From positions 4,968 to 68,967 of the forward strand of contig CALRQR020000012.1 of NCBI GenBank assembly GCA_943370375.1: a stretch of DNA of 64,000 bases. Reading direction: 5' to 3'. A program made the translations under genes and the position numbers. Positions 50,501 to 59,548 of this stretch are shown piece after piece (position 1 is the first letter of the stretch; each line of letters opens with the position of its first letter). Below the pieces are notes generated by a model. That model was not told the origin of the DNA, did not search any database, and worked only from the letters and a program-made list of their open reading frames with translations. The stretch comes from Synechococcus sp. UW140 (GTDB lineage: Bacteria > Pseudomonadota > Gammaproteobacteria > Burkholderiales > Burkholderiaceae_C).

Positions 50501-53500
50501 CCTGAACCGTTTGATTTCGCTGAGCCTGTCCGCCTTGCGGAAGTGCCGGCTGTTGAAGCGACTGACAGCGTGTTGCCGGCAGATGGCAATGGCGACGAAC
50601 AAGTCAAGGTCATCGGCTCTCTGCGAATCGGTATCCCGCTGTACAACGTCTACTTGAACGAAGCTGACGAATGGTCGCGCAGGCTGGTGACCGAAGTTGC
50701 AGAGTGGTCGCTGGAGCGCAATCAGCCTGTCAGCGATTCCACCGTCGCACTGGCCCATTCTCTTGCCGGCAGTTCTGCTACGGTCGGGTTCGACGCCTTG
50801 TCTGAAATGGCGCGCGCATTCGAGCAAGCCTTGCAGCAATCCAGAGCGCACCACAGCAATGGTGCTGCCAAGTACGGACAGATTTTTGTAGATGCGGCGG
50901 AAGACATTCGCCGGCTTCTCCATCAGTTTGCCGCCGGTTTCCTCAAAGAGCCGGATGCCGCCGTCCTGGGCAGCCTGAGAGAGCTTGATTTCTCCGACTC
51001 GATCCTGGCTCCTGGCAGCGAGTCCGATTTTGATTTTTCTGGCGAACCAGCAGTAGAGACAGAAGCGGCTCTGGACTCCGTGCTTCCTCCTGAACTGGAG
51101 GCCGAGCTTCAACGTGAGGCCTTGGCTGAGACTGAGCCCGTAGTCATCAAGGCCGAAGTGCCCGAGGCGCCTGATCCTGTGCGGGCCACGCCAGTGCCAC
51201 CGCCTGCCGCGGTTGTCGTCGCGCCGCCGGTGCGGCTGGTCACCCCGGTGGCAGCGCCTGTCGCTTCGCAGTTCGATGACGGCGAAGACGACGAAATCGA
51301 TGCGGTTGATGCCATTGACCCCGACCTCTTTCCGATCTTCGAAGAAGAGGCTGCTGAACTTATGCCTCAACTGGGTGGTGCGCTGCGGCAATGGTCCGCA
51401 CGGCCCGACAACCAGGGTGCGCGCATGGAAGTGCTGCGTGCATTGCATACGCTCAAGGGCAGCGCCCGCCTCGCAGGTGCCCTGCGGATGGGTGAAATGG
51501 CCCACCGGATTGAATCCGAGATCGAATTCCTCGGCTCCGATGCGGCCGCTTCCCAAGAGTTTGATGCCCTCATAACGCGCTTCGATGCGATGGAGGCAGC
51601 GTTTGAAACCTTGCGTCACGCGGACGCCGCTGCGGCTGCCGCACCTGTGGTGCTGGCGCCTCTCACTGCGGCAGAGCCACCGCCAAAATCTGCGCCTGTG
51701 GAAGAAGCTGCGGCAGACGTGCAGGATACCCCTGTGCAGGCTGCAGCAGCGTCGGCCGCCGAAAGCGGCTCCCGCAAGCTCACGGTTCCTGCGCCACAGT
51801 CCATGGCCATGCAGCCATTGCGGCAAGCGGCTTCTGCTTCGATACGTGTGCGCTCTCAACTGCTTGACCGCATGGTCAATCAGGCCGGTGAGGTCATGAT
51901 CACGCGTTCCCGCCTGGAGGCTGAACTCAGCCAGCTTCGCGGCTCACTGAACGACATGAGCGGTAACTTGAACCGCTTACGCCAACAGCTGCGAGACATT
52001 GAACTGCAGGCTGAAACCCAGATGCAGTCGCGATTGGCCCAGGCCAAGGAGGCCCAGGCCGGGTTCGACCCGCTGGAGTTCGACCGCTTTACCCGCGTGC
52101 AGGAATTGACCCGCATGATGGCCGAGTCGGTGAATGACGTGGCAACCGTGCAGCGCACCTTGCAGCGGACGGTGGAAGCCACCGAAGACGACTTGATTGC
52201 ACAGGCTCGCCAGACCCGTGAACTGCAGCGCGACCTGCTGCGCACGCGCATGGTGGAGTTCGAAGGTATTTCCGAGCGCCTCTACCGCGTGGTGCGCCAG
52301 GCTTCCAAGGAAACCGGCAAACAGGTTCGTCTGGACTTGCTGGGCGGCACCATGGAAATGGACCGCGGCATGCTGGACCGTATGACGCCAGCCTTTGAGC
52401 ACTTGCTGCGTAACTGCGTGGCTCACGGTATTGAAAGCACACAGGTTCGTACCGATGCGGGTAAAGACCCGGTCGGTCTGATCACTGTCCATTTGCGCCA
52501 GGAAGGCAATGACGTTTCGGTCGACTTCAGCGATGACGGCGCCGGTTTGAACCTGGCACGCATTCGCGAAAAAGCCATCAGTCTCGGCATGATCACGGCA
52601 GACCAGGCGATCAACGACCAGGACGCTGCCAACCTGATATTCATGCCCGGATTTTCCACGGCCGCTCAGGTGACCGAACTGGCAGGGCGCGGCATCGGTA
52701 TGGATGTGGTCCGTTCTGAAGTCAATGCGCTCGGTGGCCGGATCGAAACCTCGACGGTCGCCGGCCAGGGAACCCACTTCAAGCTGGTGCTCCCCCTGAC
52801 CACGGCTGTGACGCAAGTGGTGATGATCCGCTCGGGCAATCTTTCCGTCGGTGTGCCCGCCAACGTGGTGGAAACCGTCAGGCGCGCTTCGGCCAAAGAG
52901 CTGCAGCAGGCCTACAACACCGGCACGCTTGAGGTCGCCGGCGAGTCGATTCCCTTCTTCTGGTCCGGCGCCTTGTTGCAGGCCTCGCACCACAGTGCTG
53001 AAACCCAGACCAAGACCACCCCAGTCGTGATCTTCCGAAGCGCCGCGCAGCGTATTGCCCTGCACGTCGATGAAGTCTTGGGTAACCAGGAAGTTGTGGT
53101 CAAGAACTTGGGCCCGCAGTTGTCCCGTCTGCCAGGCTTGGCGGGTATGTCGGTGCTCGCTTCGGGTGCGGTCGTGCTGATTTACAACCCGGTTGCGCTG
53201 GCTTCCGTGTATGGCCAGCAGGCCCGCGCCTGGAGTTCAGACCGCGCCGAGCCGCACATGCTCGAAGGCTCCGGCGCCACAGTCACCGGCGCTGGCGGTG
53301 TCGCGACGACTGTCTCGGTGCCTGCCGCTCCGCAGATTCCGCTGATCCTTGTGGTCGATGACTCCATCACGGTTCGCCGGGTTACGCAGCGCCTGCTTCA
53401 GCGTGAAGGCTACCGTGTCTCCATGGCAGCCGATGGCCTGCAAGCGCTTGAGCGCCTGCAGGAAGAGCGTCCCGCCGTCGTGCTGTCAGACATCGAAATG

Positions 53501-53719
53501 CCGCGTATGGACGGCTTCGATCTGGCGCGCAACATCCGGGCTGACGTGCGCCTCAACAACCTGCCCATCATCATGATCACGTCCCGTATCGCTGAGAAGC
53601 ACCGTGAGCATGCCAAGGAGCTCGGCGTTGACCACTACCTGGGCAAGCCGTTCTCCGAAGAAGAGTTGATGAGCTTGGTGCGCCACTATTGCGCCGCCGA
53701 GACCGCCGCTTCCGCCTGA
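47534..53719 (+). CDS. chpA: ChpA-type multi-Hpt hybrid CheA histidine kinase
   Basis: 2061 aa. Hpt-like motifs are LHQAVGALEMVGL, SQMRGVLSVLGL (Ser at the His position), FHTLKGSSRMVGL, AHSLAGSSATVGF and LHTLKGSARLAGA. These are followed by the CheA HATPase (GLNLARI..., GRGIGMDVV), a CheW domain and a C-terminal REC (ILVVDDSITVRR...SDIEMPRMDG). Confidence 0.93.
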   Translation: MQSNASNSTTVEPDLALNDLGPLAWVLDELRKSLDGAAKALKRFVRDAEAARGSDLAALDASQLRIARQQLHQAVGALEMVGLAGPALVLRSMEAAVQKFVQQPEQCNQDAAGKIERASYALTEYLEGVLADKPVSAVSLFPQYRDVQELVKADRIHPADLWPFEWRWLEAELTEKAEPRNYDDSARAVLDQSVLQLMKGKAPQAAKNLRELSLGFAARQADRQPRIFWKIAAAYFEAVAHDLLGSDIYVRRAASRILMQYALLAKGDPAVSERLAQDLLFFCAQAVSARASDTPVLSAVRSAYGLNRFKPVDYELVQFGRFDPALLAQARKRITSAKETWSSLSAGDANKFKTVSDQFSLVTDSLLKLHPPSEPLAQALTHAVETTVRSGQAPGIELAMEVATSVLYLEAAFDDLDPNDPQLAVRTANLASRLEGVRAGGQPQPLEGWMEELYRRVSDKQTMGSVVGELRVSLGELEKSLDIFFRNPQDKVSLQSVPGQLSQMRGVLSVLGLDQASHAVLRMRDSVEQMLVTEIDEQMARAAGTFEHLGNNLGALSFLIDMLNYQPALAKKLFVYDEEKGELKPLMGRAQNASTAASSVTVNSDMLSQEVISVVQDAGLGEKSENLTVKLDALATHAALAEQPTLARTARDASAAVAGSNADAAATAMTTLAFSVTPASVAAESQDNAADFGEDDLRDIFLEEAREVVGNGLEALTALSRDPADVSQLTVLRRAFHTLKGSSRMVGLNEFGEAAWSLEQMLNSWLADQKAATDEFRALASDAMNGFANWVADIAGNQDGAWSASVFRTSADAMRTEARYVPLVISAKPATAQPSAPAVEPVAAEVFSLPDIQLDAGTHAAAGVDASATAPAEDLDFDLVFEDAATPAAASAPSAAPVSEPVGEIEGIDFDSLSAISGGADVSPVVVESAAAEQPAPSTPEEAEAIELSDADFEKHFHAEPAKPDETTVVFDFASASPAAQPVAAPPSLPEPFDFAEPVRLAEVPAVEATDSVLPADGNGDEQVKVIGSLRIGIPLYNVYLNEADEWSRRLVTEVAEWSLERNQPVSDSTVALAHSLAGSSATVGFDALSEMARAFEQALQQSRAHHSNGAAKYGQIFVDAAEDIRRLLHQFAAGFLKEPDAAVLGSLRELDFSDSILAPGSESDFDFSGEPAVETEAALDSVLPPELEAELQREALAETEPVVIKAEVPEAPDPVRATPVPPPAAVVVAPPVRLVTPVAAPVASQFDDGEDDEIDAVDAIDPDLFPIFEEEAAELMPQLGGALRQWSARPDNQGARMEVLRALHTLKGSARLAGALRMGEMAHRIESEIEFLGSDAAASQEFDALITRFDAMEAAFETLRHADAAAAAAPVVLAPLTAAEPPPKSAPVEEAAADVQDTPVQAAAASAAESGSRKLTVPAPQSMAMQPLRQAASASIRVRSQLLDRMVNQAGEVMITRSRLEAELSQLRGSLNDMSGNLNRLRQQLRDIELQAETQMQSRLAQAKEAQAGFDPLEFDRFTRVQELTRMMAESVNDVATVQRTLQRTVEATEDDLIAQARQTRELQRDLLRTRMVEFEGISERLYRVVRQASKETGKQVRLDLLGGTMEMDRGMLDRMTPAFEHLLRNCVAHGIESTQVRTDAGKDPVGLITVHLRQEGNDVSVDFSDDGAGLNLARIREKAISLGMITADQAINDQDAANLIFMPGFSTAAQVTELAGRGIGMDVVRSEVNALGGRIETSTVAGQGTHFKLVLPLTTAVTQVVMIRSGNLSVGVPANVVETVRRASAKELQQAYNTGTLEVAGESIPFFWSGALLQASHHSAETQTKTTPVVIFRSAAQRIALHVDEVLGNQEVVVKNLGPQLSRLPGLAGMSVLASGAVVLIYNPVALASVYGQQARAWSSDRAEPHMLEGSGATVTGAGGVATTVSVPAAPQIPLILVVDDSITVRRVTQRLLQREGYRVSMAADGLQALERLQEERPAVVLSDIEMPRMDGFDLARNIRADVRLNNLPIIMITSRIAEKHREHAKELGVDHYLGKPFSEEELMSLVRHYCAAETAASA

Positions 53720-53739
53720 CGAAAAAATCAGCCAAATCA

Positions 53740-53787
53740 GGTTGTAGCCCAGGCGGGGATTGGGCGGGTAGCTCCTAAAACAATAGC
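53740..53787 (-). repeat. Type-1 intergenic repeat, copy 8 (divergent)
   Basis: The reverse complement reads GCTATTGTTTTAGGAGCTACCCGCCCAATCCCCGCCTGGGCTACAACC. Confidence 0.55.
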
Positions 53788-53794
53788 AATATCC

Positions 53795-53825
53795 AAGGCC
53801 TGAGAGTTTTCTCTCAGGCCTTTTT
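53795..53825. terminator. terminator shared by convergent chpA and photolyase genes
   Basis: AAGGCCTGAGAG-TTTT-CTCTCAGGCCTTTTT. The hairpin includes the last codons and the stop of the photolyase gene. Confidence 0.7.
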
Positions 53826-55304
53826 CACGACCGCGTAGCGCTGCAGCGTCAGCGCCCGCGCCTCGTCGTGCTGCACGATGGGCAGCGGATAGTCTTTGCC
53901 CAGCACCACGCCAGCAGCGGCCAGCTCCAGCGGTTTAGCCAGCCAGGGGCTGTGCAGCGCCTTGTCGGGCAGTTGTGCCAACACCTGAACGTACCTGCGG
54001 ATGAACTTCCCGTCAGCGTCAAACTTCTCGCTCTGGCTGACCGGGTTGAAGATGCGGAAATAGGGCTGCGCGTCACAGCCGGTGCTGGCCGCCCACTGCC
54101 AGCCGCCGTTGTTGGCCGACAGGTCAAAGTCGTTGAGCTTTTCGGCAAAGTAACGCTCACCCCAGCGCCAGTCAATCCCCAGGTCCTTCACCAGAAAACT
54201 GGCGGTCACCATCCGCAAGCGGTTGTGCATATAGCCCGTCTGGTTGATCTGGGCCATGGCTGCGTCCACGAGCGGGTAGCCGGTGCGGCCATCGCACCAG
54301 GCCTGAAACAGCGCTTGGGCTTTCTCGCCGTTTTCCCACTCAATCGCGTCATAGTCCGGTTTGAACGCACCGCCGACAGCGTGCGGGAAATTGGCCAGAA
54401 TCTGCGCGTAAAAATCCCGCCAGATCAGCTCGCTGAGCCAGGTGGCGGCGCCTTCGTTCTCGCGGCCCTCGCGGTTCCCCCGGTCGATCGCGCTCAAAGC
54501 CATAGAAGCCATATGCCGGATCGATACCGTGCCGAACCGAAGGTGCACGCCCAGGTAACTCGGGCCCTTCACGGCCGGGAAGTCACGCGCCTCCTTGTAC
54601 TGCGCCATGCGGCCGATGAAATCGTCAAAGAGCTGAACCCCGCCTTCGCTGCCCGTGGGGATTTTCAGCGTCGACAGGTTGCTGGCCCCAAACCCCAACT
54701 CACCCAATGATGGGACAGGGCGCCTGCTGGCCGAGACGGGCGCCAGGGCTGCTGCGTACATTTCGACGGGATAAGGCTTGAGGTAAAAGTCGTCCACCTT
54801 CTTCAGCCACGCATTTTTGTAAGGCGTGAACACGGTGTAGGGCTTGCCCGCCAGGGTCAGCACCTCCTGGCGCTCAAAAATAACGTGGTCCTTGAAGCTG
54901 TAAAAGGCCTTGCCCCCGGCGTCGAGTGCGGCCTGCACCGCAGCGTCGCGCGCCAGCGACTGGGGCTCGTCATCATGATTGGTAAATACAGCGTCGGCGC
55001 CCAGTTCAGCCGCCAGCCGTTCCACCGCATCCACGGCACCGTGATGGGCTGTCAGAAGGCTCGCGCCGGGGCTGCCGGCCGCGGCGGCCAGTTTTTGGAG
55101 CTGCCCATCCAGGCTCAGCACCGATTCCCGTATGAATTCCACACGGCGGTCCACCCGCGGCAGGCTGTCCAGGATGTCCCTGTCAAAAACGAACGCGCAA
55201 TACACCTGCTTACATGACTTCAGCGCGTGGTACAGCGCCGCGTTGTCCTGAACCCGCAGATCACGCCTGAACCACATCAGGCCCGTCTTGTACTTCTTTT
55301 GCAT
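53814..55304 (-). CDS. phr: deoxyribodipyrimidine photo-lyase / cryptochrome family protein
   Basis: MWFRRDLRVQDNAAL ... TGYPLVDAAMAQINQTGYMHNRLRM ... WQWAASTG. The start is at the ATG at 55304. Confidence 0.92.
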   Translation of the reverse strand: MQKKYKTGLMWFRRDLRVQDNAALYHALKSCKQVYCAFVFDRDILDSLPRVDRRVEFIRESVLSLDGQLQKLAAAAGSPGASLLTAHHGAVDAVERLAAELGADAVFTNHDDEPQSLARDAAVQAALDAGGKAFYSFKDHVIFERQEVLTLAGKPYTVFTPYKNAWLKKVDDFYLKPYPVEMYAAALAPVSASRRPVPSLGELGFGASNLSTLKIPTGSEGGVQLFDDFIGRMAQYKEARDFPAVKGPSYLGVHLRFGTVSIRHMASMALSAIDRGNREGRENEGAATWLSELIWRDFYAQILANFPHAVGGAFKPDYDAIEWENGEKAQALFQAWCDGRTGYPLVDAAMAQINQTGYMHNRLRMVTASFLVKDLGIDWRWGERYFAEKLNDFDLSANNGGWQWAASTGCDAQPYFRIFNPVSQSEKFDADGKFIRRYVQVLAQLPDKALHSPWLAKPLELAAAGVVLGKDYPLPIVQHDEARALTLQRYAVVKKA

Positions 55305-55413
55305 CGGACCATGGTAACGAAAAGCCGCCGGACGGCCTTTCATTCCCGGCAGATTGGCGGGTCGCCGGGCGGGGTGGCTCCCCGCGCCGCCCCGTCCGGC
55401 GTAAAATCCCCTC

Positions 55414-56001
55414 ATGGCCACGGATTCCGCATCGATCAACCTCACGCATCACTTCCTCATCGCCATGCCCGGGATGGACGACGAAGCTTTTGCCAAAAGC
55501 GTGGTCTATATGTGCGAACACAGCGACAGGGGCGCCCTGGGCCTGATCATCAACAAACCCAGCGACATCAACCTCAAGAACCTGTTTGACAAGGTCGAGT
55601 TGCCCTTGCGCCGCGACGACCTGTCTCAAGCTCTGGTGTTCCAGGGCGGCCCGGTTCAGACCGAGCGCGGTTTTGTGCTCCACGAATCCATGATGCCTGG
55701 CAACGAATCGGTCTACGCCTCCACCATGACGATTCCCGGCGGCCTGGAGATGACCACCTCCAAAGACGTCCTCGAGGCGCTGTCCACCGGCGCCGGCCCG
55801 CGCAAAGTGTTTGTCTCGCTGGGCTACTCCGCCTGGGGTGAAGGCCAGCTTGAATCCGAAATTTCCGACAACAGCTGGCTCACCGTGGCGGCCGATTTGG
55901 GCGTGATCTTCGACACGCCGGTCGAGCAACGCTACGACAAGGCCCTCATGCTGCTGGGCCTGCAAAGCTGGATGCTCTCGCCCGAGGCCGGCCACGCATG
56001 A
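55414..56001 (+). CDS. algH: YqgE/AlgH family (UPF0301) protein
   Basis: LTHHFLIAMPGMDDEAFAKSVVYMCEHSDRGALGLIINKP. Confidence 0.92.
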   Translation: MATDSASINLTHHFLIAMPGMDDEAFAKSVVYMCEHSDRGALGLIINKPSDINLKNLFDKVELPLRRDDLSQALVFQGGPVQTERGFVLHESMMPGNESVYASTMTIPGGLEMTTSKDVLEALSTGAGPRKVFVSLGYSAWGEGQLESEISDNSWLTVAADLGVIFDTPVEQRYDKALMLLGLQSWMLSPEAGHA

Positions 56002-56030
56002 GCCTTGCGGCCATGCCCTCCCAGGGCCCA

Positions 56031-56296
56031 AGGGCCTGTCATCATATAAATCGCCCCCGCGCTGGGGCTGCAAGGGGTGCGGCGCTAGGCGCGGCCCGCC
56101 GGCCGGGGTCGTCCCCGGTCAAGGGCTGCAACGACGCGCGGCGCCCCTTGCGGCCCCAGCCCTGCGGGTGGCACCCGGAAAAGGCCGCACTCGTTGTTGC
56201 AAAGCCTCACCGGGGATTGCCCCGGCTTCGTTTTGCGCCTAGATTGCGGCCTTTTCCGGGTGCCACGCGGGGGCGATTTATATGATGACAGGCCCT
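56031..56296. repeat. 52-bp perfect inverted repeat (left arm split by a 107-bp palindromic insertion) spanning the algH-ruvX spacer
   Basis: 56245-56296 is the exact reverse complement of 56031-56061 joined to 56169-56189. The inserted segment 56062-56168 is itself an inverted repeat (CTGGGGCTGCAAGGGG / CCCCTTGCGGCCCCAG). The loop is 56190-56244. Confidence 0.85.
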
Positions 56297-56683
56297 AGCC
56301 TCAATACCTTTCTGGCTTTCGACTTCGGTCTCAAGCGCACCGGCGTTGCCACCGGCAACGTCCTCACCCGCACCGCCTCCCCCCAACCCACCATTGCCGC
56401 CGAAGGCAGCGACGCACGCCTCAAAGCCGTCGAGGCGCGCATCAAAGAGTGGCAGCCTGATGCTCTGGTGGTCGGCATTCCCTTTCACCCTGACGGCGCC
56501 AGCCACGACAATACCGTGCGGGCCCAGAAGTTCGCCCGCCAGCTTCGTGGGCGCTTTGGCCTTCAGGTCTTTGAGGTGGATGAGCGCTACAGCACCACCG
56601 AGGCCCTGGCAGGCGGTGCAACCGATGCCGACGCGGCCTCGGCCTGCATCATCCTCGAGCAGTTTTTAAGGAGTTTTCCATGA
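56282..56683 (+). CDS. ruvX: Holliday-junction-resolvase-like pre-16S rRNA nuclease YqgF
   Basis: FLAFDFGLKRTGVATG ... VVGIPFHPDG ... DERYSTTEA. The ATG lies inside the right arm of the inverted repeat. Confidence 0.92.
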   Translation: MMTGPSLNTFLAFDFGLKRTGVATGNVLTRTASPQPTIAAEGSDARLKAVEARIKEWQPDALVVGIPFHPDGASHDNTVRAQKFARQLRGRFGLQVFEVDERYSTTEALAGGATDADAASACIILEQFLRSFP

Positions 56684-57183
56684 GCAGTCTGACCCTGGAC
56701 GCCGAGGCGCTGTACAGCGACCTGCTGCGCGGCATGCGACAGCAACTGGCGTCTTACCCCCTGCCGCCCAAGCTGGTCGGCGTGGCTTCGGGCGGCGCCT
56801 GGCTGGCGCAGCGCCTGCAAAAAGACCTGGGCCTGGAGGGCGAGGCCGGTGTGCTGTCGTCCTCCATGCACCGTGACGATTTCTCGCAGCGCGGCCTGTC
56901 CTCCAGCGGCCAGACCCTGCTGCCCTTTGACGTGAACGGCGCGCATCTGGTTGTGGTCGACGACGTGCTCTATACCGGCCGTACCATCCGCGCGGTGCTC
57001 AATGAGCTGTTTGACTATGGCCGCCCCGCCAGCGTCAAGCTGGTCGTGCTGGTAGACCGGGGCGGGCGCGAGTTGCCCGTGCAACCTGATCTGGCCGTGG
57101 CGCGCGTAGCCTTGCCTGCTTCGCAATCGCTCGAGCTGGCCCGCGCAGAAGACGGCAAGTTCAGCTTCCAGGTTCAGGGCTGA
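56680..57183 (+). CDS. pyrR: bifunctional pyrimidine operon regulator / uracil phosphoribosyltransferase
   Basis: PRTase motif [15 protein letters not shown]. 167 aa, with an ATGA overlap with ruvX. Confidence 0.92.
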   Translation: MSSLTLDAEALYSDLLRGMRQQLASYPLPPKLVGVASGGAWLAQRLQKDLGLEGEAGVLSSSMHRDDFSQRGLSSSGQTLLPFDVNGAHLVVVDDVLYTGRTIRAVLNELFDYGRPASVKLVVLVDRGGRELPVQPDLAVARVALPASQSLELARAEDGKFSFQVQG

Positions 57184-57251
57184 ACACATCGTCAAACCCT
57201 ATTCAAAAAATCAAGAGACAAAAGATCAAAGGTCCCCGAGGAGTCCATCAC

Positions 57252-58214
57252 ATGCTGTACCGACGAAATCCGCAACTCAACAAAAACGGCGAGCTGATCC
57301 ACTTGCTGTCGATTGAAGGCCTGCCCAAGGCCACCCTGACGCAGATCCTCGACACCGCCGCCAACTTCGTCAGTGTCAACAACCGCGAAGTCAAAAAAGT
57401 CCCGTTACTGCGCGGCAAGAGCGTCTTTAACCTCTTCTTTGAAAACTCCACCCGCACCCGCACGACCTTCGAGATCGCCGCCACGCGGCTGTCGGCCGAC
57501 GTCATCAACCTGGACATCGCGCGCTCCTCGGCCTCCAAGGGCGAGTCGCTGCTCGACACCATCGCCAACCTGAGCGCCATGGCCGCCGATCTCTTCGTCG
57601 TGCGCCACAGCGAATCGGGCGCGCCCTACCTGATCGCCCAGCACGTCGCGCCGCACGTGCATGTCATCAACGCCGGCGACGGCCGCCATGCGCACCCCAC
57701 GCAGGGCCTGCTCGACATGTACACCATCCGGCACTACAAGAAAGACTTCAGCAAGCTCACGGTTGCCATCGTCGGCGACGTGCTGCACTCGCGCGTTGCG
57801 CGCTCCGACATTCATGCGCTCACCACGTTGGGCTGCCCCGAAGTGCGTGTGGTCGGCCCCAAGACCCTGGTGCCCGCCGACATGGCGCAAATGGGTGTGC
57901 GCGTCTGCAACACGCTCGAAGAAGGCATCAAGGGCGCCGACGTGATCATCATGCTCAGGCTGCAAAACGAACGCATGTCCGGCGCACTGCTGCCCAGCAG
58001 CCAGGAGTTCTTCAAGAGCTTTGGCCTCACCACCGAAAAGCTGCAACTGGCCAAACCTGACGCCATCGTCATGCACCCAGGCCCTATCAATCGCGGGGTG
58101 GAAATTGACTCCGCTGTGGTCGACGGCACGCAAAGTGTCATCCTGCCGCAAGTCACTTTCGGTATCGCGGTCCGAATGGCGGTCATGAGCATAGTTGCAG
58201 GAAACGAAGCATGA
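57252..58214 (+). CDS. pyrB: aspartate carbamoyltransferase catalytic subunit
   Basis: [13 protein letters not shown] and [18 protein letters not shown] is present. Confidence 0.96.
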   Translation: MLYRRNPQLNKNGELIHLLSIEGLPKATLTQILDTAANFVSVNNREVKKVPLLRGKSVFNLFFENSTRTRTTFEIAATRLSADVINLDIARSSASKGESLLDTIANLSAMAADLFVVRHSESGAPYLIAQHVAPHVHVINAGDGRHAHPTQGLLDMYTIRHYKKDFSKLTVAIVGDVLHSRVARSDIHALTTLGCPEVRVVGPKTLVPADMAQMGVRVCNTLEEGIKGADVIIMLRLQNERMSGALLPSSQEFFKSFGLTTEKLQLAKPDAIVMHPGPINRGVEIDSAVVDGTQSVILPQVTFGIAVRMAVMSIVAGNEA

Positions 58215-59518
58215 AGATACTCATCAAAAACGGCCGCGTCATCGACCCAGCCTCCAAATTCGACGAAGTCTGCGATGTGGCGATTGCCGCGGGCCGTATC
58301 GTCTCGCTCAAAAGCACCCCCGCTGATTTCGCGCCCAACAAAACCATTGACGCAACAGGCTGCATCGTCGCGCCAGGCCTGATCGATCTGTCGGCCCGTC
58401 TGCGCGAACCCGGGCACGAACATGAAGGCATGCTTGAGAGCGAACTCGCCGCGGCGGTGGCGGGCGGCGTGACCAGCCTGGTCTGCCCGCCTGATACCGA
58501 CCCGGTGCTCGACGAGCCCGGCCTGGTCGAGATGCTCAAGTTCCGCGCTGAAAAACTGCATCAGTCGCGCGTGTTCCCGCTGGGTGCATTGACCCGCGCG
58601 CTGAAGGGCGAGACGTTGACCGAGATGGTCGAGTTGACGGAATCGGGCTGTGTGGGTTTCAGCCAGGCCGAGGTGCCTCTGGCCAATACACAAGTGATGA
58701 TGCGCGCCCTGCAATACGCCTCGACCTTCGGCTACACCGTCTGGCTGCGCCCGCAAGAGATGTACCTGGGCAGCGGCGTCGCCGCCAGCGGCCCACTGGC
58801 CACACGCCTGGGCCTGAGCGGCGTCTCCGTTGCCGCCGAAACCATCGCGCTGCACACGATTTTTGAACTGGTGCGTGCCACCGGCGCGCGCGTCCACCTG
58901 TGCCGTATCAGCAGCGCCGCGGGCGTGGCCCTGGTCGCCAAGGCCAAGGCCGAGGGCCTGGCCGTGACCTGCGACGTCAGCATCAACAGCCTGCACCTGA
59001 CCGACGTGGATATCGGCTACTTCGACAGCCGCATGCGGCTGGACCCGCCACTGCGCCAGCAGCGCGACCGCGACGCCATCCGCCGGGGCCTGGCCGACGG
59101 CACCATCGACGCGCTGGTGTCAGACCACACGCCTGTCGACGAAGATGCCAAGACCTTGCCCTTTGCCGAGGCCGAGCCGGGCGCCACCGGGCTTGAACTG
59201 CTGCTGGGTCTGGCCTGCAAATGGGCCGCTGACAGCGAAGCCGGTTTGCAGCGCGCGCTGGCGGTGCTCACAAGCGAACCCGCACGGGTGTTGGGCAACG
59301 CGCTCGGCACGCTGCAGGCCAGCGCCGGCCAGCTCGTCAAGGGCGGTGTGGCCGACATTTGCGTGTTTGACCCGGCGGGCGAGTGGACGGTTGAGCCCGC
59401 CGCCTTGCGCAGCCAGGGCAAGCACACACCGTTTTCCGGCCACCAGATGCCCGCGCGCGTGCGCTGGACCATCGTTGGCGGGCAGCTCGCCTATGAAGCC
59501 CCTGAAGCTTCGCACTGA
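58211..59518 (+). CDS. dihydroorotase-like protein (PyrC'-type, predicted non-catalytic)
   Basis: Amidohydrolase fold, but the metal-binding DxHxH reads [10 protein letters not shown]. It is translationally coupled to pyrB, as in the Pseudomonas pyrB-pyrC' pair. Confidence 0.85.
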   Translation: MKILIKNGRVIDPASKFDEVCDVAIAAGRIVSLKSTPADFAPNKTIDATGCIVAPGLIDLSARLREPGHEHEGMLESELAAAVAGGVTSLVCPPDTDPVLDEPGLVEMLKFRAEKLHQSRVFPLGALTRALKGETLTEMVELTESGCVGFSQAEVPLANTQVMMRALQYASTFGYTVWLRPQEMYLGSGVAASGPLATRLGLSGVSVAAETIALHTIFELVRATGARVHLCRISSAAGVALVAKAKAEGLAVTCDVSINSLHLTDVDIGYFDSRMRLDPPLRQQRDRDAIRRGLADGTIDALVSDHTPVDEDAKTLPFAEAEPGATGLELLLGLACKWAADSEAGLQRALAVLTSEPARVLGNALGTLQASAGQLVKGGVADICVFDPAGEWTVEPAALRSQGKHTPFSGHQMPARVRWTIVGGQLAYEAPEASH

Positions 59519-59548
59519 GGTCTTTGTTTTGCCCATGAGGTGTTGCGC

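Noticed and set aside
55398-55416. TAAAAT six nt before the algH ATG, with no SD, suggesting a leaderless algH.
   Set aside because: There is no acceptable -35 at 16-18 bp, and a single hexamer in a GC-rich spacer is weak evidence.
55998-56285. 95-aa ORF filling the algH-ruvX spacer, with ATGA overlaps at both ends that look like translational coupling.
   Set aside because: Third-position GC is low for this genome, and rare codons are frequent (AGG, ATA, AGA, CTA, GGA, CGA, TTG). The product is an Arg/Pro/Gly-rich peptide without motifs. The sequence is better explained as nested inverted repeats, and the right-hand ATGA is simply part of the repeat arm.
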